From assembly GCF_964355755.1 (NCBI RefSeq), contig NC_092673.1, positions 28,455,648 through 28,519,647 of the forward strand: DNA of 64,000 nucleotides, in the 5' to 3' direction. The position numbers and the translations under genes were made by a program. The notes beneath the pieces are model-generated. The model made no database searches, was not told where the DNA came from, and was given only the letters and a program-made list of their open reading frames with translations. Source of the DNA: Antedon mediterranea. Taxonomy: Eukaryota > Animalia > Echinodermata. Below are positions 12,623-26,540 of this stretch, one piece after another; the stretch's first letter is position 1; each line of letters begins with the position of its first letter.

Positions 12623-14479
12623 AAATGAATATTTTTTATTTTAAAAAAGTGTGATATTAGAGTTAATTTGTTGGTATGGTTTGATGTTTGCACTTTGTTC
12701 TTGGACGGAAAAACCATCAGTTTTTTAAATTCTATTGCTAACCGTCTTCATTATTCAGTCATTGACCGATTTAAGTTTTTGCGAGAATGAAACAGTCTAT
12801 ATGCGTCATTTTTTACATTCATTGTATATATTTAAATTTTAGTTTCTTTGGGTTTTAAAAGCTACATGACATTTATTTATTGTCATTGGTTGACATTTAT
12901 ATGTTGTGGCACTTTAGAAACTTTAAATGTTGTGTTGCGATACTGAAATTCTTGTGTATAATTGTCGTAAAGTTTAATTCTTCACGAATGACTTTGATTG
13001 AGAGGTGCCGCAAGTAATCATAACTACGAAAAAGATTGGGAAGTGAGAGTTTAAAAAAGACGTAAAAATATACATATATTCCAACTGAGTTTTACAACTG
13101 ATCTTGGAGATCATGCTTTAAAGAAATCATTGAAACACAAACGTTGGTCTCATCTGTCAATCTGACAATCAATCATATGGCCCTCTGGAATTATTTCATT
13201 TTGTTTATTTTATGATTATGAAAGTATTTTTTTTCATTGGAGAATTAAAAAAATATATTGGACTGTCAAAACAAAATTTTTCTTTATTGGCATTACTTTC
13301 TTTCAAGACTATTTATTTATCTATTTATCTTGCAGTCTTAAATTAAAATAATTTTTATTGCAGTTCATTTTTTCTACAAGGAAATGGTTGTTAAAAATAT
13401 TATATTTATATAATTCATTTTACATATTATTGCATATTCATGCAACACCTTAAAAACAGTTACTTGGGAGGATTAGTCCACAGCAGGCACTAATAGTTGA
13501 TATCATTAGAACATCCGCACAGTACTTAAAGATCTATTAGTTCTATTGGCTCATTAAAGGAAGTAGGCTACTGATCTCTATTAAATATATTAGAATTGTT
13601 GATTTGTTGTCATGTTGCTCTACCATGAATTCCAGGGTTCAAATCATGCATTGCTCGTCAACTTGTCTGATATTTTTTTGCTCTTACATTAATATATAAA
13701 AAAAATTACAATTTTCTAATCTTGTAGTGATTGTCACCTATGCTAAATGTTTTTACCTGACCTAAAGCTTGTTTGTAGCCTAATTAATAAGTGATTTACA
13801 GCCTAATTTCAACATAGCACCCACCCTAGAAATATTGTTTTCCCACTGTTTTAAAAAAAGACCCTAGCTACACCCTTGCTGTAGTCCTACCCATGCCCCT
13901 GTGACTGTCATATTCACTGTATCATTGTTGATGTCTATATTTCTTACTAGTGAACCCCTCAAATTATACCCTACCCATGTCCCTATAACAGTGTATTCAT
14001 TTTATTATGGTTGCTTTCCATATTTCTTACTAGAAATTCTTCAATTATTTCTTTTTGATACATTAAATTGAATTAACGGTTGAGGCAAACTTTGGCTTTA
14101 TGCTAATAAGACATCTCCGCCTATGATCCAATTTAAGAACACACTCACTGAATTGTGGTCTAATTTTGTTAAGACAATACCCATTGGAAAATGAGTCGCC
14201 AGCAAGTCGTCCGACTTAAGAATATTTTCTGAACGCAGAATTTGTGTGGAAATGAATCGTCTCCAAAGAGTCTACCTAGAGACACGTATCCTGCCTAATT
14301 TTTTCTTGTCATTGATGGACATTTTAATATGCTTAAATACTTAACACTTAAAGTCATATAAATCAAAAGTAAATAGACCTATCACAACCTTGTCAATGTC
14401 AATGATTTTCTGCAAAAGGTTTTATGAAATCACTGTTTCTGTATAGACAATAATTTCATTCCTTACATCCTTCATTTGG

Positions 14480-14790
14480 TTGATTTTCTTCTCAACCCAT
14501 CTCTCCTTTTCTCTCAAATTTCTCCCCTCCCATTTGTTTTCAAACTCTTCCCCTCTCCTTTTCTATCAAAATCCTCTCCTCATTTCTCTCAATCCCTCCT
14601 TTATTCTCAAACTCCTCTCTTTCCTCTCAAACTCGTTCCTTCCCATTTCCTCTCAAACTCCTCCCTTCCTCTTTTTTCTTAACCCATCTTCCTCTTTTCA
14701 GCCCTCCCATTTTTTTCCTCAATCCCCTCATTTATTCTCAAACTTCCACCCCTCCCTTTTTCTTTCAAATTCCCTTTGCTTCTGTCCACT
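14480..14790. repeat. Low-complexity CT-rich degenerate repeat
   Basis: Recurrent ctctcaaa/ttcctc motifs. The two overlapping ORFs here are compositional artefacts. Confidence 0.8.
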
Positions 14791-15669
14791 TTGAAGAACC
14801 CAGTTTTTTATTCAAGAGAAGTAGGAGGTTACCCTAGTGTGCTGGTTTACAAAATAGCCCCTGTGTCAGGGAGATTACCACCTACATCTGATAAGACAGT
14901 AATTAATTTACTAATTAGTAATCCTTGGAAATGTGCCTAAATAGACAGGTTCCATTTCTCAAAAAACGGCCTAGAAAACGAATCAAGAAGCATTTTTGGG
15001 TAGAAGCTGGGATCCACTTGGTTTAGGATATTTCGACCTCGCTGATTACGAATATGGCGGATCCCAAGCGAAATTCGGCCATCTAAGCCCTTAATTTGCA
15101 TAATTAAAAATGGCGGCCATTTTTTATAATTACCCTATATCTCGAGAACCACTAGTCACAGATAATTAATTTTGGTGTCAAAATGTTTTAAATATATGGT
15201 TTTATATTCACTTTAATGACACATTTTCTCAAAAAATTGATGCAAGTCGTATTTCTGACATTTTGACCTTTGACCTTGATTTATCGTATCTCAGTAACCA
15301 ATAATCGGAGAGACACGAAATAGGGCTCAAATTGTTCAGAAACTATACATTCATATTTATTATAATGAAATGTTTTTACAAAAAATGGCCGATTCTACAA
15401 CTATTGACCTTTGAACTATTAGTCAAATATAATAATATAATAATAATATAACTTTGAAAATTGTGGTCTTATGAATTTTTTTTTCTTTTTAAATTGTTTA
15501 AAACATGTGTGTTTCTATCCAGTCTAATGGCATATTTTGTACAAGAATGGCCGATAGTATGGTTATTGACCTTTTAACTACAGCATAGGCCTACTGTATA
15601 CTAAATATAATATAATTGCATAACTATGAAATTATTTATACACAATAATAATTAGTAACATTATAAAAT

Positions 15670-16390
15670 TCACTGCCATCAAATATGATGTGTTATGATT
15701 TATATAGATTTAAAAAGGAATTTGAATACGCAAGTTACATTTTTTGAAATTTGAAATTTGAAATTACCTGCCATCAATATGATGGAGTGTGCTTATAGAT
15801 TTTCTAAAATGTGAACATGTCAGCTACATTTGGAAATTACCTGCCATCAATATGATGGATTATGATTATAGATTTAAATAAAAATTTGAACACGTAACCT
15901 ACATTAGAAAATTACCTGCTATCAATATGATGGATTATGATTATAGATTTAAAAAAGAATTTGAACACGTCAGCTACATTTGGAAATTTGGAAATTACCT
16001 GCCATCAATATGATGGATTATGATTGTATAGTACCTGCCATCAATATGATGGATTATGATTATAGAATTAAAAAAGAATTTGAACACGTCAGCTACATTT
16101 GGAAATTGGGAAATTACCTGCCATCAATATGATGGATTATGATTATAGATTTTAAAAAGAATTTGAACACGTAAGCTACATTTGGAAATTTGGAAATTAC
16201 CTGCCATCAATATGATGGATTATGATTGTATAGTACCTGCCATCAATATGATGGATTATGATTATAGATTTAAAAAAGAATTTGAACACGTAAGCTACAT
16301 TTGAAAATTACTTGCCATCAATATGATGGATTATGATTGTATAGATTTAAAAGAAAATGTGAACACGTACGTAAGCTACATTTGGAATGA
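15670..16390 (+). repeat. 75-bp minisatellite in the left Academ arm (10 core copies)
   Basis: Unit ggaaattacctgccatcaatatgatggattatgattatagatttaaaaaagaatttgaacacgtcagctacattt, with shortened variants. Confidence 0.93.
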
Positions 16391-16419
16391 ACATGTTAAG
16401 GGCATCAGTTAAGATCATT

Positions 16420-17520
16420 CATGCAAAGGTTTCCGTCATCTTTAGCGTTGTTACAGCGGCATAAAGCTGTACATGGTAGTTTTGACTTCTTGCACCTACA
16501 TCTATTGGCAGGTTATGTATCGTGTCTTGCATCCACAATAAATCATCTCTAACGAAGCAGTAGGAATAGCTTCATTTTTCAGAAGCACTGGTTGAAGTTT
16601 ACCATTAGATAGCTCCCAACCAAAATATGTTGGTGATGGCAAATGCTGGATTGGCGATACAGCTTTTTTCCATACGAGTGCTTGGAAGTGTGCTCTTTTT
16701 ATATGTTGGTGCACTGCATCGCTTGTTGGAGGTAATGCCTTTTTTTTTTAAAGCCTAACTTTATTGGTACTTTTAACTTGACCAACACCGTAAACGTAGC
16801 AAATGAATCTTTCCGATTTCATAATAACTTGGTCACTGATAGGTTTTCTCCCAGGTCTTTAATTAGTTCATACCTTTTTTTAATACTTCCCATGCCGATG
16901 CCTTTGAGTGACCACTTAGATATGAGCAGTGAAGATTTAAATTACTGTATGTATGTATTAATATAATTTAACTCTTCCCTGGATATGAGGTAGTATCGCA
17001 TCCACTAATAGTGTGGAATGGAAACAGTGCTTTTGCAGAACCCTCGGGCAAGGCTTGAAAAATGTCTTTTATAGATACTTTCTTTTTTTGGATGTCCCTG
17101 TCATCATCCATTTGGATACCATGCTTTGGTAGTGAGACACTAGAATCACTAGTACGTCTGTATCCCTAGAAGCAACTACAACTGTGTCGTATCGGACATT
17201 GGCAGCATGACAAGTCTCGTGTCCGATTCTTCATGGTCTGACCAGAGACAACGTATTCGTGTACAATTTTGATGATTTAACAACTGATTCTTTCATAAAT
17301 CCACCAGCTGTGACAATTTCTTTGTCTATAGGAGCTTGACGAATCAACTCCTCTGATAGAAATCGTGTCAGATCTGCATTATTATCTTGTAATGCCAACA
17401 AGTTTGACCAGCAATTTGGCAGCGGTATTTCACCACTTTCTATAATTCGACGAATTGGTCTCTGTGTTTTGGTTCATCTTTGTCTGGTGGTGTCCTTTAT
17501 CGACAGTTTTAAGTTTGGCA
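16420..17520 (-). pseudogene. Academ transposase C-terminal remnant (PIN/XPG-like nuclease plus Cys-rich CXC tail), frameshifted
   Basis: Minus-strand motifs in order: HEESDTRL (~17211-17237), VVVASRDTDVLVIL (~17141-17183), FHTISGCDTTS (~16987-17018), LPPTSDAVHQHIKRAHFQALVW..PSP..GW, CGCK..C..CxC..LPCTALCRC. Several stops and frameshifts. Confidence 0.85.
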
Positions 17521-17539
17521 TGCCATGTTTAAAAAAAAA

Positions 17540-17870
17540 AAAATTACCTCCAACAAGCGATGCAGTGCACCAGCATCATATAAAAAGAGCACACTTCCAA
17601 GCACTCGTATTGAAAAAAGCTGTATCGCCAATCCAGCATTTGCCATCACCAACATATTTTGGTTGGGAGCTATCTAATGGTAAACTTCAACAAGTGCTTC
17701 TGAAAAATGAAGCTATTCCTACTGCTTCGTTAGAGATGATTTATTGTGGATGCAAGACACGATGCATAACCATATAGATGTAGGTGCAAAAAGTCAAAAC
17801 TACCATGTACAGCTTTAATATGCTACTGTAACAACGCTAAAGATGACGGAAACCTTTGCATGAATGATCA
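17540..17870 (+). pseudogene. Inverted second copy of the Academ transposase C-terminus, in the right arm
   Basis: ORF 17469..17777 contains LPPTSDAVHQHHIKRAHFQAL...IYCGCKTRC, the mirror of ~16420-16740. Confidence 0.85.
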
Positions 17871-17899
17871 AAACTGATGCCCTTAACATGTTCATTCCC

Positions 17900-18400
17900 A
17901 ATGTAGCTTACGTGTTCACTATTCTTTCAAACCTATACAATTATAATCCATCATATTGATGGCAGGTAATTTCCAAATTTCCAAATGTGGCTGACGTGTT
18001 CAAATTCTTTTTTAATTCTATAATCATAATCCATCATATTGATGGCTGGTACTATACAATCATAATCCATCATATTGATGGCAGGTAATTTCCAAATGTA
18101 GCTGACGTGTTCAAATCCTTTTTTAAATCTATAATCATGATCCATCATATTGATGGCAGGTAATTTTCTAATGTAGCTTATGTGTTCAAATTCTTTTTTA
18201 AATCTATAATCATAATCCATCATATTGATGGCAGGTAATTTCCAAATGTAGCTGACATGTTCACATTTTAAAAAATCTATAATCATACTCCATCATATTG
18301 ATGGCAGGTAATTTTAAATTTCAACAAATGTAACTTGCGTGTTCAATTTTTTTTTAAATCTATATAAATCATAACACATCATATTTGATGGCAGTGAATT
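17900..18400 (-). repeat. 75-bp minisatellite in the right Academ arm (7 core copies)
   Basis: Reverse complement of the left-arm array; explains ORF 17951..18286 (25-aa period). Confidence 0.93.
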
Positions 18401-19877
18401 TTATAATTTTACTAATTATTATTGAGTATAAATAATTTCATAGTTATGCAATTATATTATATTATATTCAGTATACAGTAGGCCTATGCTGTAGTTTAAA
18501 GGTCAATAACCATACTATCGGCCATTCTTGTACAAAATGTGCCATTAGACTGGATAGAAACACACATGTTTTAAACAATTTAAAAAGAAAAAAAAATTCA
18601 TAAGACCACAATTTTCAAAGTTATATTATTATTATATTATTATATTTGACTAATAGTTCAAAGGTCAATAGTTGTAGAATCGGCCATTTTTTGTAAAAAC
18701 ATTTCATTATAATAAATAAGAATGTATAGTTTCTGAACAATTTGAGCCCTATTTCGTGTCTCTCCGATTATTGGTTACTGAGATACGATAAATCAAGGTC
18801 AAAGGTCAAAATGTCAGAAATACGACTTGCATCAATTTTTTGAGAAAATGTGTCATTAAAGTGAATATAAAAACATATATTTAAAACATTTTGACACCAA
18901 AATTAATTATCTGTGACTAGTGGTTCTCGAGATATAGGGTAATTATAAAAAATGGCCGCCATTTTTAATTATGCAAATTAAGGGCTTAGATGGCCGAATT
19001 TCGCTTGGGATCCGCCATATTCGTAATCAGCGAGGTCGAAATATCCTAAATCAAGTGGATCCCAGCTTCTACCCAAAAATGCTTCTTACATCATATTTCA
19101 GAGGAAATAGAACTTGTCTAAAATGCATACAATTAATCAAGTATCATGTTTGGTTTTTAAATCCTGATTGCTTATCATTGTTTTTAAAGACAGCAATATA
19201 ATTCAATAGACATTTCTTAATGTTATTCTGTTAACAATTATAGAGATATTATTTGTCTGTTTCCTTCATAATGCATCTATGATGACATCACACATACTTA
19301 ATGGACAACATCAAAACCTGTGAATATGTATGTCAAACACCCTACCTTGTATTCTTACATCACTCAAACAGGATAAATTTTACGAGAACAGACTTCCTTA
19401 CAAGTAGCGTTTAATTCCCTTCGGTGATTTCTGCCAGGAAACAACAGTTTTGGAAGCTGGAGACGGAGTAAAAATCTCCACGGTATACCAAACTGACCAA
19501 TGCTGTTAAAGTTAATGTCTTCACATCAAACCCTCAACAATATAATCAATTGTGAATAAATGCAACATGCCTACACTAATAACTTCACTATGTAAAATTT
19601 TCTTAATTAATTTTATACTAATTTAGATGTCGCCAGATTGTAGTTATTTTATAAAGAATCCCCAGTAGCGGTGTAGCATATTATTCTTGTTATTATGTTT
19701 ATTAATTTCATATTTTGGTAATTTGAATTGTGAAAGTTCACGAAATGAAGTTCGTTTAAATGTGTTAATGATTGATAAAACGTATAATGTGCATTGAACA
19801 CATTAACACGCTACGAGTAATATTTTAAATGTATCTAGTCATAACAACATCGTTAGTACAACATAAAGTTGTTTTTT

Positions 19878-20455
19878 CTTGTTGAACATTACCAGACAAT
19901 TCTTGCAAAGCCCATACAATTTAAGATACAAAAATTGTCGCAGAATCACACTGCAACATGCTTTTAAAGAAAGCTTATTGACCAATATCAGAAAATATTT
20001 ATTCTTGCAAATTAATGCGATTTGAGACACAAACATTTTCACAGAATCATACTGCAATATGCTTTTACCAATATCGAACAATATTTATCCTCACAAAGCC
20101 CATACGATTTTAGACACAAACATTGTCACAGAATCGGACTGTAATATACGTTTAAAGAGTGCTTATTTTGTTCTTATTGACTAATATCAAAAAATATTTA
20201 TTCTTGCCAATCCATGTGATTTGAGACACAAAAATGGTCACAGAATCACACTGCAATATTCTTTTAAAGAAAGCTTATTTTTTTCTTATGAACTAATACT
20301 GAAAATATTTATTCTTGCAAATCCATGTGATTGAGACACAAAAACGGTAACAGAATCAGACTAAAAGTGCTTTTAAAGAAAGCTTATTTTTCTTATTGAC
20401 CAATATCGAACAATATTTATTCTACACAAAAATGGTCACAAAATCAAACTGTATT
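19878..20455. repeat. Degenerate tandem repeat, ~100-120-bp unit x ~5
   Basis: Recurrent attcttgcaaa...gacacaaa...cacagaatca.actg...ttttaaagaaagcttatt...aatatc.aaaatattt. Confidence 0.85.
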
Positions 20456-20739
20456 CTTTGATAAGTTCTGAAAAAAGTGTTCTTGCACTTACTAGAGTAG
20501 TTTACTTTATTTTTAAAATAAAAAAAGGCAATGATTGATGTGTTCCTTTATCTTAATTTAGAATGTATCCCGTTCTAATAATGTTTAAGTTCAATGCATT
20601 CACACTATGTTAGTGGTTATATCCTCTCGGCTCTTAGTCATATAATAATGTAATGTGTTTTGTTAAATTGCATGGTGTCAAGCCTGTTGATGGGAATTTT
20701 ACAGGGAGGTTCGTTTTTCAACAAAAGCTACTACTGAGC

Positions 20740-20880
20740 TAGTGGAACTGTAGCTTGGTGGATAACATGTTTGCCTTCCAATCCCAAGGTCCAGGTTCAA
20801 TCCTTACCCAGTGCTAGGTAATCATAACACACAACTCTTTCAACTCCACTCCCTAAGCCTCAAATGAGACTTAGTTTATA
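20740..20880 (+). mobile_element. tRNA-derived SINE (family C)
   Basis: A-box-like tagcttggtgg, B-box-like ggttcaatcc, body ccactccctaagcctcaaat. Confidence 0.75.
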
Positions 20881-23728
20881 ATCACGATAAATTTTAAAAT
20901 ATGTCATCAAATAAGGATTTTATTCTAATAAACTCAACCACAATCGTTCTGATTTGCTTTTATCTTTTACAGCTTTAATTTGAATAATTTTTATTTTGCT
21001 GATGCAATGAAATTATCACAATATATCTTAATAATACCCACCTGTCAAGTGTAATTGAATGCACTCTTATTTATTCCGCAGAGTTTTAAACTTTTTTTGT
21101 TTTCGCTATTTGTCTACTGGCATTTTATAAACTACTTTAGTCGCATTCAGAACTTTTGTTCTAAATCCTTATTTCCTGTTCAAAACTTTTTCTTCAATTT
21201 TTTTTTCATTTTTCATTCCTTAATCATATACAATTCTTGGTCAGATTTATTGAATTTTGTGAAGTTTTTTCTCTAGATTTTTATTTTAAATTTAATCTGT
21301 CAAGAACATATGTTGATTTTTAAATGTAATTACTGTTCTATAATAACTTTTTTATGATACGATAAATGTAGATATATTCATATATTTTTCAAATTTTAAC
21401 GGTTTTTAATTCTAAATCTTCTTACTACTGTATGTCAGTCACTCAATCAATCAAGCAAACTTTTTTATCATATCTCTAGTAAGACTTATTTACTACAAAA
21501 ACATTGTCATGGTCAAGGATCAACAAATGACCTCTGACCTACGACCCTCCTAATTAACCTCTTCCCTACATAACTACCTGTGATAGTTCAACATATCTAC
21601 AGAAACTACAGAAATTTGTTTTATTAACAATTACATTTATTACTGTTCACAGTACTTTTCATAATTTCACTTTCTATAATATTCTTTTTACGTTTTCACT
21701 GTAAATGTATATTTTTGTTGTTGCCATAATTGACCCGACATATATTATGATGATATATATTTTTCCAGTTTAAACTATATTTATCATGTGTACAGTATGA
21801 GAAAATACAATTGTTCTACTGTAATTTGTGACTAAAAACTGAGTTTAAAAGTAGGTTCATATTTGACCTCTACAAATCTTGGTAAAAACCATAAAGTTGT
21901 ATTATTTTCAATAAAAAAAGATGATACAGAAAAGCATGATGTTCCGTGTATCACAGGTGTCGTATCATCGCCGTCGGAAGTTGGCTAATGATGACGCGGA
22001 AGTGATACAATTTATATGGAGCCCGACGTTTTTGTCAGTATGCCTGTTTCCCATCATGATGTTTTTCAAATGGAAAAAAATTCATGAGAAGTGAAATGGA
22101 AAAAAAAATGTTCACGAGAAAATGAGACATTTGATGCATCTGCTGCTGTCAGTCTGTTTATTGCAGTTGTGAAGGAGGTGTTTTATTTTAAATAAAAAAT
22201 ACAATAATTCAAAATTTACAAATTTTAATGTAACCTCTTCTGTTGCCTTATTAAAAAAAATTGCTCAAAACTTATTTTTTTGATAATAATAATAATAATC
22301 TGTCTATTTTGTGCCTAGCTTACCTGAATAAACCAACTTTTGCCCTTCTCTCAAAAGTGAGTTATATTGTACCTGAAAATAAGACAGACTACAACCACGC
22401 CCTCTTGTGGAAGCATCCTATTGTTAATTATTAATCATTTTAATTGCTTAAAACAGGATTAACAATACTCACTATAATACAACAATAAATAATAGCAACT
22501 TTTTTATAGTGTTCATTTAATCAATGCTATATTATATATTATATTCTCCTGATTATTATACATTATTTGAAACCAAATTAATCAATTTACAGAATTTGTT
22601 GATGCGTTGAAGATTGTAATTCAAAATTAAGTACGCATGTAAATGCGATTTCAGAGACTAATCAATTTTGTTTATACCTAAAATCAATTTCAATTAAACT
22701 CGTGCTAGTCAATCTGGATCATTCAAAGTACTACGACTGTTTTCTATGAAATGAACAAAAATATATTCATTTTTTAATGTGTTTTTGTTTTTGTTTTAGG
22801 TATTATTATTAGGTATTAGTTTATAAGAGTAGGGCAAAACATCTGGCCAATTACATATTATGATTTATAAACATGAACCTTTGTATTAAAGCTTGATGAC
22901 CATGCTCATGCAATTTAGATGAAAATTTAGTGATTCTGAATATGAACATTTTTATTTTTAAAAAAGAGTTTAAAAAAAAGTTAAAAGCAGTTCCAAAATT
23001 TGATGACAGAAAAGATTTCAAACTAGATTTTACATATTTTTAAAACAATTAACAGTTTAGGGTTTTTTTCAAAAGTGAGTTACTGTTTAATTATGGTATT
23101 GAAATTCAAGTTAAAGTTTCTAAACAAAAATAAATTCAATTTAATTATTTGTTCCCGATGATATTTTTTATGGTAAGTGTGCTTCCGTTGTTTCAGATTT
23201 CAGTTGTCACATCATGTAATAAACTAATAGTTTCATACTGGAATCAGTCTAGTAGCTACATCCCATAATACTGCTGATAAGACATTTTTCCCAGGCTTTT
23301 CCATTGGGATTTCATCTGTGGTTTATCACTTTTGATTTTTTAACCACTAAATTTCACCAGTGCAGACATTGTGGTTTTATGTTTTTCCTAAACTTTATTT
23401 ATGTTTATTTATGAAATCAAGACACGAAGGTGTAAAATTGTTTTTACCAATATCAAGATGTATTTTTACTTATATATATTTTGTCAGAGTGTGTGTAGAT
23501 CTCTTGTGGGTAGTGATATATACATTTATTTATATATATTTTGACAACAGGTGACAAAGGGAAGTTAGTAATGTGTGCTCTCTAGGGATTTCTACTACCT
23601 CAACTTTTGTACTTTCAAGGTTGAATAATTCAGAACAAATATTCCTAAAAATACTGAAAATAAAACTTCTAAAATATTGATTGCATTCTTTTGTTTCTCA
23701 TGAATTTTTATAATTTTCATATTTTCAG

Positions 23729-24338
23729 TTATTTATTATGCAATTTTAGATTTGGTTGAAGTCTTTTCATTTTGTAATCATAATGGAACAGTCCAATTTC
23801 TTCATACAACACTGTGAGTTCCAATAGTGAGCACACCTTATTTGGAAATGGACTATCCCATAGTAGCTGTAGGGCATTGTGACTGAGTGAGAGCAGAATG
23901 TATTGATATGTGTGTAGTATTTTGTGTGATATTACTATACACAGTTCAAACAGTAAACAGTTTGGTACATGTAGATTTGTGTTATACTGAAGAACTATAT
24001 GATTATCATTGGACCTCTTCAAACTTGAATGAGTTATTTTGCTTTGTAAACTACCATTATTGGACTTTATCAGAAGTGCCTTTGGACTTTATCAGAAGAA
24101 CATCTACAAGCCCTGTTCGTTGTATCTCAAGTGTGTCTATAGGATTATCTGTACATCAGAGCCATTCTATCATTGTAAATGATATTATCGGCAATAGCAC
24201 TTGTATCTGATGAATGCACTGGTATCTCTGGAATTTTTTTGAAGTGGATTCCCTGTTAACAGCGTTATTAATATTTTATTTTCCATAAATAATAATTATC
24301 AGTCTGATAATGATATATTGGATTTTCACTTTGATGAG
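23729..24338 (+). other. Possible mostly non-coding exon
   Basis: Acceptor-like taattttcatattttcag ends at 23728; strong donor GAG|GTAAGT at 24339. No convincing long ORF. Confidence 0.3.
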
Positions 24339-25054
24339 GTAAGTTGTACATTTTATAATGTATGTATTATGTAATTGTTTATAAAATGGTTTTGTTGAGG
24401 TCATGACAGCAGTTTTATCTCAGTTTCATATAATTTAAGTTTTTCCTCAAATATTTATTTCATTTTAGCTATTTCATCTTAGCTGTTTATAATATTGTAA
24501 TAATAATAGTATAGTACAATACTGTAAATACATTGTTAAATTCTCAATTCTTTTTATTGCCAGTATGGTTTTCTGTATGATGCTTATTGATACAGTAATA
24601 GTTTTTTGTGGTCTAGTATATTATTTATTTTCTAAGGATATGTATGAAAATTATTTATATGATATCCCGGAATGAAAAGATTCATATGCTTAGAAATACT
24701 GTATTAAATTAAATGCAATGGATGTAATGGCAAGGGAGGGAATCCTCAAAATGTATTCAGAGAATACAATGAAAGAAATGTTATAATGTGTCAGTACTGT
24801 AATGTGTCGAGTATTCATCAGTTATTAATTAAAAGATTAAAATAAAAGAATCATGTATTCAGTTATTCTTAGAAATATAAAAACAGATTGCACAATGACA
24901 TTATAACAATACCAAGGGTGCAGAAATGATGTTATTGCAATAGAATTTAGAAGCTTGTATCAATGCCAATTATAACCTACCAAAAGTGTTTAATTAGCCT
25001 TGGCATTAGGGAACTTGTGCCAATCTATGACACATATACTTTAGGCCTATGAAA

Positions 25055-25476
25055 ACAACTATAAATACATGATTGGGCATGCTAGTGCATCGCATTTACT
25101 GACCAGAACGGTCTTCTATACCAGTTGGTAATTTCACATGATCATGAGAAGATTGATTACAACTATAAATACATGATTCGGCATGCTAGTGCATCGCATT
25201 TACTGACCAGAACGGTCTTCTATACCAGTTGGTAATTTAACATGATCATGAGTAGATTGATTACAACTACTGTATAAATACATGATTCAGTATGCTAGTG
25301 CATCGCATTTACTGATCAGAACGGTCTTCTATACCAGTTGGTAATTTAACATGATCATGAGAAGATTGATTACAACTATAAATACATGATTCGGCATGCT
25401 AGTGCATCGCATTTACTGACCAGAACGGTCTTCTATACCAGTTGGTAATTTAACATGATCATGAGAAGATTGATTA
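25055..25476. repeat. Tandem repeat, 104-bp unit x 4
   Basis: acaactataaatacatgatt..catgctagtgcatcgcatttactgaccagaacggtcttctataccagttgg... occurs four times, nearly identical. Confidence 0.96.
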
Positions 25477-25711
25477 TGTGTCGGCGTAGATATCCATTTA
25501 GAGATTAGCCTCTACTTAACCCTAAGCACCTTGCTTGTATAATTAATATGATTTCAGATTTTATTCCTAATATGGTATTTGCTTGTTTCTGCTTTAGTAA
25601 AAATAACTACTGAATAATACTGTAATGGTATAAGAATAGTACTATAAATTAAATGTGTTGGAATTGACAACAATTGAGCTACAGTAATATTAGCAATAAC
25701 GTTTTCTGTAA

Positions 25712-25814
25712 AACTCTGTCTACACTACCAAATTAGTTTGGATAGTGATATGCCTAAATTTGGTAGTGATATGACATCATCGTGTCCATAAAGGTTGATA
25801 GTGTAGAGAGAGCT
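25712..25814 (+). mobile_element. Harbinger-like MITE, family B (internally deleted)
   Basis: ctctgtctacactacca ... ttgatagtgtagagagagct. Confidence 0.75.
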
Positions 25815-26540
25815 CAGTGAAACTCTGTGAAAATATTTCAATATTATTTAGGGAAAAAAACAACAATTTCTTTTTATCAAACCAATGTAAAAATACAAAT
25901 TTACAGTAGCTGGTAAATACATTCTTGAGAGTTTTGTTGATAAAAAGAAATTAAAAAATTCTAATTTAAACCATATTATAATCAATAACATATTTTATAT
26001 ATTCATTTTATGCTTATAGAGATATAAACATCATTTTTAAAGGGTTTTTTTTTAGTCTGCCACAAGTATGATTCACATTAATACTACAGAATTTCTTTGC
26101 TGTGTTCATAATACTCTTGATTTCCCTAGAGATAACAATTGATAAGTCGCAGCTTATCTGGTCAAAAATGAAGAAAGAATTTTATAAGCACAAATAAGTT
26201 ACTTGTCAAAACGAATGAAAACAACTTTTTTGTTTATATTAATATAAAGCACTCTTTGATGACATTTTTCTGGTTGTGATTTATGATTGACAGAATCATG
26301 TCAATGTCAAACTTAGTAGGTCAAAAAAATTGATTTTGAACCCCATGGAAAATGCATGATTTGAAATTGACATAAGCTATTCAAATTTTTATCCTGATAA
26401 ACCAATAAAAAAATTTGAAATGTGCAGTTTGTCTATCAATCATGTTTACCTATATTTTACATTTTTAAAATGTGTCATTCAGTCGTGTGATAAAATGCAA
26501 TCTGTCATCAGTATTATAGTGGACTTCAGGTCGATTGAAC

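Larger units (their letters stand above)
14942..19120. mobile_element. Foldback-type non-autonomous Academ DNA transposon with very long inverted arms
   Basis: Termini TAGACAGGTTCCATTTC / GAAATAGAACTTGTCTA with AAA on both sides (3-bp TSD). Arms ~14942-16752 and ~17528-19120 are near-identical reverse complements. Academ transposase motifs lie inside. Confidence 0.88.

Noticed and set aside
17951-18286. 111-aa repetitive ORF
   Set aside because: Translation of the 75-bp minisatellite in the transposon arm.
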